From Haemophilus parainfluenzae (lineage in GTDB: Bacteria > Pseudomonadota > Gammaproteobacteria > Enterobacterales > Pasteurellaceae): a stretch of DNA of 64,000 nt. Below are positions 53,059-62,012 of the stretch, in pieces. The DNA is taken from assembly GCA_963537955.1 (NCBI GenBank), contig CAUTFW010000005.1, positions 12,118-76,117 on the forward strand, given 5' to 3'. Under the pieces are notes generated by a model. The model was not told the DNA's origin and did not search any database. It saw only the letters and a program-made list of their open reading frames with translations. Made by a program: the position numbers and the translations under genes. Position 1 is the stretch's first letter. The number at the start of each line of letters is the position of its first letter.

Positions 53059-56000
53059 AACGTGATTGTGGGGGATGGAAGCAATGCGCCTACAAATGTA
53101 CATCCTTTTAGTATTGCAGTTGGGAACAGTGCCACATCAGCAAGCGGTGGAAGTACTACCGCTATTGGTTATGGCGTAAATGGTCGTTATGACAATAGTG
53201 TGCTGATTGGTGATGGCACAGGAAATTATGGTGGAACAACGGGTAGTCGTAATATTCTCATCGGTCAAAATGCTCAAGTTGGCGATAGCACTTCTGTTGT
53301 ACGAGTAAACCAGTCTATTGCTATTGGAGCTGGCATTAGAGCTGATAAAGCGGAGATATATGGTGGTTCTATTACTGAAGGCGCATGGGCTCGAGGCGAT
53401 CAATCAATTGCGATTGGCGGTAATGTTATTTCTTATGGTAATGCATCGGTTGCGATTGGTGGGGATGATACTGATTCAGCAGCGGCTACACAAACGACTT
53501 ATATCAATACTAATGGCCAAGATAAAACGGGAACGGTTCAACAAGCATTTAGAGATTTAACTGGAGGGGAGCTTCAAAGTCCTCGTTGGATGAATACAAT
53601 TGCAGGGGAAGCTGCTGTATCATTAGGAACAAAAACAAAATCTGGGGATCTTTCATTAGCATTAGGTTCATTGGCTGCAGCGCAAAAAACGAATGCTGTC
53701 GCTGTTGGTACTGGGGCTAATGCATCGTTTGCAAACTCAGTAGCGATTGGTGGCGGTTCCGCAACGGATAAAGCAGGGGTTGCCTATACTACTCGTACTA
53801 TTTTAGGGACAACTTATACTTGGGCTGGTGGCGCGAATACTATCGCAGGGGACGTTGTTTCTATCGGTAAAAAAGGCTATGAACGTCAACTCATCAACTT
53901 ATCACCAGGTGATATTTCTGCAAACTCGACTGATGCAATCAATGGTTCTCAGCTTTATGCTGCGATGGCAGAAATTGAAAAAATCCGTTATTTCTCTGTG
54001 AAATCAGATGTAGCAGGTAACCGAGATAATACTGGTGCATCAGGTGTTGATTCTATTGCCATTGGACCTAATGCAAGTACTGCGTCTACTTCAGCTAGAT
54101 CTATTGTGGTAGGGAATGATGCATTTTCTAGTCATGCTGATAGTGTTTCATTAGGTAATGGTGCTCAAACTAAAAATAATAATTCCACGGCTATAGGTAC
54201 TCTTGCAAAAACAGAGGGTGCAAATTCTATTGCTGTTGGATTGAATGCGAGCACAACTTATGCAGATTCTATTGCAATGGGCTCAAATGCGACAGCAGCT
54301 GAAAATAAACTTGTTTCTATTGGACCTGATGCTAAATCAACTGCAAGATATGGTGTGTCATTAGGCAATAACGCATCATCAAATGGTACAGCTTCTATTG
54401 CCATTGGTAATTCAACGAATGCATCTCACGACAATGCAATCGCAATTGGTGATGCAGCAAACACAAATTCGTGGGCAACAATTGCTATTGGTAACAATGC
54501 GAGCGCAGCAGCAAGCAGAACCATTGCAGTTGGCCGTAATGCCTCTGCAGCTGGGCAGACAGCTATTGCGATGGGTATTGATAGTAATGCAAGTGAATAT
54601 TCAGCTATTGCTATTGGTGAATTAGCAACTTCTACTGGTGGTTATTCTGTTGCTATGGGGCATAAAGCCAATGTAGAAGGCAGTCTTTCTGTTGGTATTG
54701 GTGTTTCATCAAATGCAAACGCAACATCGACAACAGCTGTTGGCTCTTATGCTAATGCATCAGCAAATTATGCAACAGCCTTAGGCACTAGCTCAGCTGC
54801 TTCAGGAGTATATTCAATAGCTTCAGGTTATGCCTCAAAAGCACTTGGGTATAATTCGATGGCTTTAGGTTTCTCTGCTATTGCAAATAATACTCAAGCT
54901 ATCGCGATGGGGACGAGTGCAAATTCTTCCGCACATAGTTCTGTAGCGATTGGTGCTTCATCACTATCTAATGGCAATAATGCTGTTGCTATGGGCGTGC
55001 GAGCGAATGCTTCAGGTGTAGATTCAATGGCTTTGGGTTTATATGCAAATTCCTCCGCTGAAAGGGCAGTTGCTATTGGTCGGACATCGGTTTCTTCAGG
55101 AGATAGTGCGGTTGCTATTGGTTGGTCGTCACTAGCTAATGCTAGCCAGGCTGTGGCAATAGGGATAGATGCAAAAGGGATAGGTGTGGATTCAATGGCC
55201 TTTGGTTCACATGCAAATTCCTCTGGTGAAAAAGCGGTTGCCATTGGTAGAGCATCGGTTTCTTCAGGAGATAGTGCGGTTGCTATTGGCTGGAAATCAC
55301 TAGCTAACGCGAGCCAGGCTGTAGCTATAGGGATAGATGCAAAAGGGGCTGGTGTCGATTCAATGGCTTTTGGTTCACATGCAAATTCTTCAGGTGAAAA
55401 AGCGATCGCGATTGGTAGAACATCATTGGCTAATGCAACCCAAGCTATGGCAATGGGTGTGCAATCGAAAGCGTCTGGAGTTAATGCAATGGCTTTTGGC
55501 GCCAACTCAAACGCGTCGAATGAGACAACAATTGCTATCGGTGTTAATTCATTAGCAAGTGGTGTAAATACCGTGGCTTTAGGACAAGGGAGTAAAGCGA
55601 CTGATTATTCTGCGATGGCGTTTGGCCTAGGCGCAAATTCATCGGGTCGATATTCAATTGCAATTGGCCAAGGTACGAAGGCAGCGATAGAGCATTCTAT
55701 TGCAATGGGGTATTCTGCAAATGCAGCAGAGGCTTTCTCTATTTCTCAAGGGGCTTATTCTGAGGCCACTCAACGAGCAGCTATAGCATTAGGTTATACA
55801 GCTAAAGCAACAGACCGAGATGCGATGGCATTAGGTTCATTCGCTAATGCTAGTGCGAACAGTGCCGTTGCTCTGGGACCACATGCTAAAAGTACAGCAT
55901 ATAAATCTATTGCCCTTGGTGCTGATTCTGAAGCAGGAACAAATATGTTTGATGCTAACTCAACAAGTGCTGTATTTAAAAATGATGCAGGTTCAAATTC

Positions 56001-59000
56001 AGAAGTGAGATTTGCAGCAAGTTCATCTAGCATTGGCGGAGCAGTTTCTGTAGGTAAGGCGGGTAACGAACGCCAAATCCATAATGTCGCTGCGGGTCGT
56101 ATTTCTGCGACTTCAACAGATGCGGTAAATGGTTCACAACTTTACACCGTGTTAAATAACAGTGGATTTAATGTTCAAGAAAATGGCAACGCTAAATCAC
56201 GTATCAATAACAATGATGTAGTAAATTTCAAAGATGGAAACTTAACTACCGCGAATGTGACTGATACCGAAAATGGCACTATTGTGAAATTTGATGTGAA
56301 TACAACAAATATCACGACTAATACGACGACAGGTAATGCAACAGCTACAAATCCTAATAATATTGCTACGGCAGGTGATGTGACCAGTGCTATCAATAAT
56401 GTGCGTAATATGCCAATTACTTTCACGGGTAATACAGGAAGTGCGGTCAAAAAATTAGGTGAATCTTTAGGTATTGTGGGGGATGGTACCGATATTACAA
56501 GTACTGCTGATGCAAACAATGTGACATTTACGTTAAATAAATCAACTGTTGTTACAGCAGGGGACAATAAGGCTGTAACCAGTGGTGCAGTTGATACCGC
56601 CATTAAAGCCATCAACTTGACTACTGCAGGTAATGCAGGGACTGGCGCGGTTAATCTGGCAACACAATCTTTAAATATCACAGGTTCAAATGGTTTAATT
56701 ACCGTAGCCAAAGATAATGGCATTGAAGTGAAAATTGATGATGCTACTCGTAAAAAAATTGATGATGCAAGTTCTGCAAAAGAAGTATCAGCTTCGGTTT
56801 CTGGTTCATCTGCAGTTTCTGTCACACCAAATGGTACAACAAAAAATGCTGATGGTGTAGAAGTAACAGATTATGCTGTGGATCTTTCTCAAGCCACAAA
56901 AGATGATATTCAAAAAGGTATTGATGCGCATACTATCGTTACCAATAAAGGCCTAACCTTTACTGGCACAACAGGGACTACAACAGCGAAAAAATTAGGT
57001 GAAAGTGTTGAAATTTCAGGTGATGACAATATCACAACTGAAGCAACAGATGATAAAGTTCAAATTAAATTGAATAAAAATATCACCGTTGACAGTGTGA
57101 CTGCAGGTAATACCAAAATTGATAAAAATGGTCTGAAAGTAGGTGATATTACTGTTACAAATTCACCAATTACAGTGAATGGTAATGCAGTTAACAACAT
57201 CAATGATGCAATCAATCAAACTGCAAAACAAGCATTTAGTCCTCTTACTTTTGCAGGAGATACTGGCTTAAATGTTGAACGTAAATTAGGTACAACGGTT
57301 AATATTAAAGGCGGTCTGGCTGATGACGCTAATCTTTCTGACGATAATATTGGTGTAATTGCTGATGGTGAAGATACGTTAAATATTAAGCTAGCAAGAG
57401 ATATCAACATCCGTAGTGTTACAACTGGCGATACTATGATGAATAGTAACGGTATCAAAGTGGGTGATGATGTTGCTCTAGATAAAGACGGCTTAACAGC
57501 AGGTGATGTATCTGTAACTAAAGATGGTATTAATGCAGGTGATAAGAAGATCACTGATGTTGCAGCAGGTGATGTGAATGAAACATCAAAAGATGCGGTA
57601 AATGGTAGCCAACTTTATCAAACAATCAATAATCTCACCACAAAAGGTTTTGGGTTAACTGCTCAAGATGGTAATTCTGTGAAGAAACCATTAGGTGAAA
57701 CGATTGAGGTTGTTGGTGCAGATAAAAATATCAGCACTAAGGTTGAAGGTGGCAAAGTTAAGATTGCTTTATCGAAAGATATCAACGTTGATAGTGTCAC
57801 TGCGGGTGATACCAAAATTGATACAAATGGTTTGAAAGCAGGTGATGTTACTGTAACTAAAGATCCTATTACTGTAAATGGCACCACAGTTAATAATGTG
57901 AATGATGCCATCAATAAAACGGCTGAACAGGCATTTAAAGCACTCACTTTTGGTGGTGATAATGCACCGAAGAACTTTGAGCGTCGTTTAGGTGATAAAA
58001 TCTTTGTAAAAGGTGGTGCAACGGGGGCATTATCTGATAACAATATTGGTGTTGAATCTGATGGTAATGGCACATTAAACGTGAAATTAGCTAAAGATCT
58101 GAAAAACCTAGATAGTGCTGACATTGGTGGTGTAACTATCAATAACAAAGGCATTGATATGGGCGATAAGAAAATTACAGGCTTGAAAGCAGGTGAAGAT
58201 AATACTGATGCAGTAAATGTTTCACAGCTTAAGAAAGTAGAAGAAGTAGCTAATAAAGGCTGGAATTTAACAGCGAATGGCAAGGATTCTTCTAATGTAA
58301 AACCTGGTGATACCGTTAATCTGAAAAATACAGATAAGAACATCGATATTACTAAAGATGGCCACAATGTAACGTTCAACTTAGCTAAAGACATTAAAGT
58401 TGATAGTGTAACCGCTGGTGATACCGTGATGAATAATGACGGTGTGAAAGTTGGTGATAATGTAGCTTTAAATAAAGATGGATTAAAAGCTGGTGATGTC
58501 TCTGTAACAACAGATGGTATCAATGCTGGGAATAAGAAAGTAACCAATGTTCAAGATGGTGATGTAACGAGCACATCGAAAGATGCGGTGAATGGTAGTC
58601 AGTTATACGTAGTAAAAGAACTTGCAGGTAAAGGCTGGAATGCTACTGCAACGAAGAAAGCTGGAACAACTGGTGAAGTGACAGGTACTTCAGTTGCAAA
58701 TGTAGCACCTGGCGAGACTGTAAACTATATCGCAGGCGATAATATCAAACTTGAACAGAATGGTATTAACTTCACGATTTCTACGACAAAAGACTTGAAA
58801 GCTGAAAATGTGAATGCGAAAACGGTTAATACCACAACGATTAATCTTGGTGAGGGTGATAACTCAACCCCAATTACAGTAGTAAGTGGTAAAGATGCAG
58901 CACCGAATCTTGATGGTAAAACACCAAATCGTATGAACTTTGGTGGTGAAACTATCGCAACATTAAGTGATGGCTTAAAATTTGGCGCAAACGTAGGCGA

Positions 59001-59634
59001 TGTTTACGGTGCGAAATTAAATAGTCAAATCAATGTGAAAGGCGCTGATAGCAACACAAACTGGAGTGAGTTTGATGGTGGTGATAATGTGATGACAAAC
59101 ATTGATAAGAGCGGTAATGTTCGTGTAGGTATCAAGAAAAACCTTAAAGTGGAAAGTGTAACGGCAAACAAATTCACTGCGGGTGATACTGTGATTGATA
59201 ACAATGGTGTAACCATTAAAAATGGTCCAAGTATGACTAAAAATGGTATTGATGCAGGTAATAAACAAATTACCAATGTTGCCCCAGGACGCATTGCAGC
59301 AGACAGTACTGATGCGGTAAACGGCAGCCAATTACACGAAGTAAAAGCTGACATGAATAACAAGATCAATAAGTTAAATGGTCAAGTGAACAAGTTAGGT
59401 AAACGTGTCAATGCAGGTACAGCAAGCGCGTTAGCGGCGTCTCAATTACCACAAGCTTACATTCCAGGTAAGAGCATGGTATCTGTGGCAGCGGGTAATT
59501 ACCAAGGTCAAAATGCGGTGGCATTAGGTATGTCACGTATTTCAGATAACGGTAAAATTATTATTCGTTTAGCCGGTACTAGCGATACTCAAGGTAAAGT
59601 GGGTGTAGCAGTAGGTGCAGGTTACCACTGGTAA
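52864..59634 (+). CDS. trimeric autotransporter adhesin (YadA/Hia class), 2256 aa
   Basis: ESPR-type leader MNKVFKIIWNKTTQSFVVTSELAKG. About 1000 aa of YadA-like head repeats (SxAIG/NAxAxG). Six neck motifs (DAVNGSQLY). Stalk and Trp-ring-like (KGWN) modules. C-terminal YadA anchor ending GVAVGAGYHW. Confidence 0.93.
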   Translation: MNKVFKIIWNKTTQSFVVTSELAKGAVKASSNSEQRVTSETRLSSLFKLSAFALSLSAVMMPAQANVIVGDGSNAPTNVHPFSIAVGNSATSASGGSTTAIGYGVNGRYDNSVLIGDGTGNYGGTTGSRNILIGQNAQVGDSTSVVRVNQSIAIGAGIRADKAEIYGGSITEGAWARGDQSIAIGGNVISYGNASVAIGGDDTDSAAATQTTYINTNGQDKTGTVQQAFRDLTGGELQSPRWMNTIAGEAAVSLGTKTKSGDLSLALGSLAAAQKTNAVAVGTGANASFANSVAIGGGSATDKAGVAYTTRTILGTTYTWAGGANTIAGDVVSIGKKGYERQLINLSPGDISANSTDAINGSQLYAAMAEIEKIRYFSVKSDVAGNRDNTGASGVDSIAIGPNASTASTSARSIVVGNDAFSSHADSVSLGNGAQTKNNNSTAIGTLAKTEGANSIAVGLNASTTYADSIAMGSNATAAENKLVSIGPDAKSTARYGVSLGNNASSNGTASIAIGNSTNASHDNAIAIGDAANTNSWATIAIGNNASAAASRTIAVGRNASAAGQTAIAMGIDSNASEYSAIAIGELATSTGGYSVAMGHKANVEGSLSVGIGVSSNANATSTTAVGSYANASANYATALGTSSAASGVYSIASGYASKALGYNSMALGFSAIANNTQAIAMGTSANSSAHSSVAIGASSLSNGNNAVAMGVRANASGVDSMALGLYANSSAERAVAIGRTSVSSGDSAVAIGWSSLANASQAVAIGIDAKGIGVDSMAFGSHANSSGEKAVAIGRASVSSGDSAVAIGWKSLANASQAVAIGIDAKGAGVDSMAFGSHANSSGEKAIAIGRTSLANATQAMAMGVQSKASGVNAMAFGANSNASNETTIAIGVNSLASGVNTVALGQGSKATDYSAMAFGLGANSSGRYSIAIGQGTKAAIEHSIAMGYSANAAEAFSISQGAYSEATQRAAIALGYTAKATDRDAMALGSFANASANSAVALGPHAKSTAYKSIALGADSEAGTNMFDANSTSAVFKNDAGSNSEVRFAASSSSIGGAVSVGKAGNERQIHNVAAGRISATSTDAVNGSQLYTVLNNSGFNVQENGNAKSRINNNDVVNFKDGNLTTANVTDTENGTIVKFDVNTTNITTNTTTGNATATNPNNIATAGDVTSAINNVRNMPITFTGNTGSAVKKLGESLGIVGDGTDITSTADANNVTFTLNKSTVVTAGDNKAVTSGAVDTAIKAINLTTAGNAGTGAVNLATQSLNITGSNGLITVAKDNGIEVKIDDATRKKIDDASSAKEVSASVSGSSAVSVTPNGTTKNADGVEVTDYAVDLSQATKDDIQKGIDAHTIVTNKGLTFTGTTGTTTAKKLGESVEISGDDNITTEATDDKVQIKLNKNITVDSVTAGNTKIDKNGLKVGDITVTNSPITVNGNAVNNINDAINQTAKQAFSPLTFAGDTGLNVERKLGTTVNIKGGLADDANLSDDNIGVIADGEDTLNIKLARDINIRSVTTGDTMMNSNGIKVGDDVALDKDGLTAGDVSVTKDGINAGDKKITDVAAGDVNETSKDAVNGSQLYQTINNLTTKGFGLTAQDGNSVKKPLGETIEVVGADKNISTKVEGGKVKIALSKDINVDSVTAGDTKIDTNGLKAGDVTVTKDPITVNGTTVNNVNDAINKTAEQAFKALTFGGDNAPKNFERRLGDKIFVKGGATGALSDNNIGVESDGNGTLNVKLAKDLKNLDSADIGGVTINNKGIDMGDKKITGLKAGEDNTDAVNVSQLKKVEEVANKGWNLTANGKDSSNVKPGDTVNLKNTDKNIDITKDGHNVTFNLAKDIKVDSVTAGDTVMNNDGVKVGDNVALNKDGLKAGDVSVTTDGINAGNKKVTNVQDGDVTSTSKDAVNGSQLYVVKELAGKGWNATATKKAGTTGEVTGTSVANVAPGETVNYIAGDNIKLEQNGINFTISTTKDLKAENVNAKTVNTTTINLGEGDNSTPITVVSGKDAAPNLDGKTPNRMNFGGETIATLSDGLKFGANVGDVYGAKLNSQINVKGADSNTNWSEFDGGDNVMTNIDKSGNVRVGIKKNLKVESVTANKFTAGDTVIDNNGVTIKNGPSMTKNGIDAGNKQITNVAPGRIAADSTDAVNGSQLHEVKADMNNKINKLNGQVNKLGKRVNAGTASALAASQLPQAYIPGKSMVSVAAGNYQGQNAVALGMSRISDNGKIIIRLAGTSDTQGKVGVAVGAGYHW
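55066..55401 (+). repeat. two near-identical tandem copies of a 168-bp (56-aa) head-repeat unit
   Basis: AVAIGR(T/A)SVSSGDSAVAIGW(S/K)SLANASQAVAIGIDAKG(I/A)GVDSMAFGSHANSSGEK occurs twice, with partial copies on both sides (about 55015-55440). Confidence 0.9.
59371..59631 (+). other. YadA-type C-terminal coiled coil and 4-strand beta-barrel membrane anchor
   Basis: LAASQLPQAYIPGKSMVSVAAGNYQGQNAVALGMSRISDNGKIIIRLAGTSDTQGKVGVAVGAGYHW. Confidence 0.85.
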
Positions 59635-59650
59635 TTTATCGTTTATAAAC

Positions 59651-59678
59651 AAAAGGCATGGGAAACCATGCCTTTTTT
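59651..59678 (+). terminator. rho-independent terminator of the adhesin gene
   Basis: AAAAGGCATGG-gaaa-CCATGCCTTTTTT. Confidence 0.9.
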
Positions 59679-59747
59679 ATTGCCAAAAGTGCGGTCGATT
59701 TTCATCTTGTTTTTCGTATAATAGGATGAGTCAACTCGGAGAAGAAT

Positions 59748-60467
59748 ATGATTATCGGACCTTATATCAATGCACTAGCGATTATCAGTGGTGCAGTTAT
59801 CGGTGCTGTGCTCGGTGGGCGCATTCCAGAGCGTTTACGCACTAATTTAACCTTAATCTTTGGTTTGTGTTCCATGGGTATGGGTATTGTGATGGTGGCG
59901 AAAACTACCAATATGCCGGCAATGATTTTATCGCTGTTATTAGGGACGATAATTGGCGAGTTGCTTTTATTGGAACAGGGGATCAATAAACTGGCATCAT
60001 CAGCCAAAGGTATTGTTGAAAAGATGTTCCCTGATACACCAAGTAGCATGCATAGCCAAGAAGAGTTCTTGTCTAAATTTGTTGCGATTGTAATTTTATT
60101 TTCATTTAGTGGAACAGGTATTTTCGGGGCGATGAATGAGGGGATGAGTGGTAATTTTGATATCCTCATTGTGAAATCCTTTTTAGATTTTTTCACCGCG
60201 ATGATCTTTGCCACATCACTCGGCATTTCTGTAGCAAGTATTTTTGTGCCACAAACATTGGTTCAAGTGATCTTAGCTTATTCTGCGGTGTTTATTATTC
60301 CTTTCGTCACCCCTGAGATGCGAGGTGATTTTGCTGCGGTAGGCGGTATGCTAATGATAGCAGCAGGCTTTCGCATTTGTAATATCCAAATGTTCCACGT
60401 GGCGAACATGCTGCCGGCTCTTTTCCTTGCCATGCCGATTTCTCATTTCTGGAGTACTTTTTTCTAA
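59748..60467 (+). CDS. DUF554 (YdfK/YqgA-like) membrane protein
   Basis: 239-aa polytopic protein with glycine-rich helices characteristic of DUF554. Confidence 0.78.
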   Translation: MIIGPYINALAIISGAVIGAVLGGRIPERLRTNLTLIFGLCSMGMGIVMVAKTTNMPAMILSLLLGTIIGELLLLEQGINKLASSAKGIVEKMFPDTPSSMHSQEEFLSKFVAIVILFSFSGTGIFGAMNEGMSGNFDILIVKSFLDFFTAMIFATSLGISVASIFVPQTLVQVILAYSAVFIIPFVTPEMRGDFAAVGGMLMIAAGFRICNIQMFHVANMLPALFLAMPISHFWSTFF

Positions 60468-60469
60468 AG

Positions 60470-60499
60470 AATAGGCGTGTATCACGCCTATTTCTTTTT
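60470..60499 (+). terminator. terminator hairpin after the DUF554 gene, overlapping the mutM 3' end
   Basis: AATAGGCGTG-tat-CACGCCTATT followed by TCTTTTTC. Confidence 0.65.
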
Positions 60500-61303
60500 C
60501 TGACAATGAGGGCAATAAAAGCTATTGCGTTGCCCAATAATCATACTTTCAATCTTAGTGCCACATTTTGGACAAGGCTTATCTTTGTTTCCGTAAACTA
60601 ACAATTCCTGCGCAAAATAACCAGGGCGACCATCGGGTTGTAAGAAATCTTTTAATGTTGTACCACCTTGTGTAATGGCTTTAGCTAATACGTTTTTAAT
60701 CGTTTCAACGAGTAAGGCACATTGGTTTCGCGTAAGATTTTCGGCTAATTTCATTGGATGTAAACCACATAAAAAGAGCGTTTCATTGGCATAAATATTT
60801 CCTACGCCCACAACGACAGCATTATCCATTAAAAAGGTTTTAAGTGCGGTCGATTTCTTGCGTGATTTTTTAAAAAGGTATTCCGCATTAAATTCATCAG
60901 AAAGTGGTTCAGGACCAAGTTTTAGAAAAAGATGAAAGTCGTCTAAGCTTTCAGTCCATAACCATGCACCGAAGCGTCTCGGGTCGTTATAACGTAGTAA
61001 TTTGCCATTATTCATCACAATATCAAGGTGATCATGTTTATCAATAGGACTATCGTGTGGCACAATTCGAACGGAGCCAGACATCCCTAAATGACCAATG
61101 ATGTAACCTTTTTCTGTATGAATAATGAGATATTTCGCACGACGAGAAGTATCTAAAATTTTGACGTTTTTAAGCGTGGTTAATTCAGGAGAGACAACCC
61201 AGCGTAATTGTAGTTGGCGCACTACAATTTTTTCGATGGTAAAATCTTTTAGATAGGGAGTGACACCGCGTAGGGCTGTTTCGACTTCAGGAAGTTCAGG
61301 CAT
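60488..61303 (-). CDS. mutM: formamidopyrimidine-DNA glycosylase
   Basis: Start trimmed to MPELPEVET (the catalytic N-terminal Pro requires this start). C-terminal zinc finger CPKCG...CPHCQ. Confidence 0.95.
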   Translation of the reverse strand: MPELPEVETALRGVTPYLKDFTIEKIVVRQLQLRWVVSPELTTLKNVKILDTSRRAKYLIIHTEKGYIIGHLGMSGSVRIVPHDSPIDKHDHLDIVMNNGKLLRYNDPRRFGAWLWTESLDDFHLFLKLGPEPLSDEFNAEYLFKKSRKKSTALKTFLMDNAVVVGVGNIYANETLFLCGLHPMKLAENLTRNQCALLVETIKNVLAKAITQGGTTLKDFLQPDGRPGYFAQELLVYGNKDKPCPKCGTKIESMIIGQRNSFYCPHCQKKK

Positions 61304-61332
61304 AGATAATCTCGGTAATGAATTTGTGATAT

Positions 61333-61362
61333 AAAAAAACCCGAACAATGTCGGGCTTTTTT
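61333..61362 (-). terminator. rho-independent terminator after rpmG
   Basis: Minus strand GCCCGA-cattgt-TCGGGT followed by T7. Confidence 0.7.
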
Positions 61363-61375
61363 CAAATCAGCAAAA

Positions 61376-61546
61376 TTATTTGATTTTTGCTTCTTTATAG
61401 ATAACGTGTTTACGCACTACTGGATCAAATTTTTTGATTTCCATTTTTTCAGGCATATTACGTTTGTTTTTATCAGTTGTGTAGAAGTGACCAGTCTCTG
61501 CTGTAGAAACTAAACGGATTTTCTCACGAGCGCCTTTAGCTGCCAT
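61376..61546 (-). CDS. rpmG: 50S ribosomal protein L33
   Basis: Not in the ORF track (56 aa). Hand translation gives [56 protein letters not shown]; AAGGAG RBS. Confidence 0.93.
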
Positions 61547-61557
61547 GTTTTAGCTCC

Positions 61558-61794
61558 TTAGATTTTTTCGCCACGAGCACGGATTTCAGCTAACACTGCA
61601 TCAATGCCTTTTTTATCGATAATACGCATACCTTTCGCAGTTAAACGTAAGGTTACGAAACGGTTTTCACTTTCAACCCAGAAACGGTGAGTGTGAAGGT
61701 TTGGAAGAAAACGACGACGTGTCGCATTCAACGCGTGTGAGCGGTTGTTACCCACAGCTGGACGCTTGCCTGTTACTTGACAAACTCTAGACAT
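61558..61794 (-). CDS. rpmB: 50S ribosomal protein L28
   Basis: Start trimmed to [12 protein letters not shown] (GGAG RBS); 78 aa. Confidence 0.95.
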
Positions 61795-61916
61795 AATAAT
61801 CTCCAATAATTTAAATATAAGCTCGAGCTTATGGTTCGGATAATGAAGCTTAAAACTAAGCTTGCTTCCTCGTCAGGTCGCAGTATCCGACCCACTTACT
61901 ATATTAAAGGTCGCAA

Positions 61917-61945
61917 ATTATACTGACTTTATTTTCATTTCTCAA
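61917..61945 (-). promoter_or_regulatory. rpmBG sigma70 promoter
   Basis: Minus strand TTGAGA (61945-61940), 17-nt spacer, TATAAT (61922-61917). Implies a leader of about 115 nt. Confidence 0.6.
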
Positions 61946-61958
61946 GTCTAAAAGCGAT

Positions 61959-61979
61959 TTTTCCGTCTTTAAACGGAAA
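61959..61979 (-). terminator. weak terminator hairpin after radC
   Basis: TTTCCGT-ttaaag-ACGGAAA followed by AATCGCTTTT on the minus strand. Confidence 0.45.
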
Positions 61980-62012
61980 TGAACGATAAAAAAATCATCA
62001 AATTCCCTAAAA

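Noticed and set aside
52761-53135. 124-aa minus-strand ORF overlapping the adhesin start.
   Set aside because: It overlaps the adhesin promoter, RBS and ESPR region. It has no RBS or recognisable features, and its open frame is explained by the compositional bias of the adhesin gene.
54894-58547. Long antisense or out-of-frame ORFs inside the adhesin gene (54894-55505, 56175-56825, 57216-57554 and 57663-58547 on the minus strand; 53318-53560, 54383-54625 and 55337-55555 on the plus strand).
   Set aside because: They fall entirely within the 2256-aa ORF, which has clear TAA domain logic. Their translations are low-complexity mirror images of the Ala/Gly/Ser/Thr/Val-rich repeats, which suppress stop codons on other frames.
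59762-60226. 154-aa minus-strand ORF antisense to the DUF554 gene, and the 59615-59845 plus-strand ORF.
   Set aside because: The plus-strand 239-aa product is a coherent polytopic DUF554 protein. The antisense ORF has no start context, and the 59615 ORF spans the adhesin terminator.
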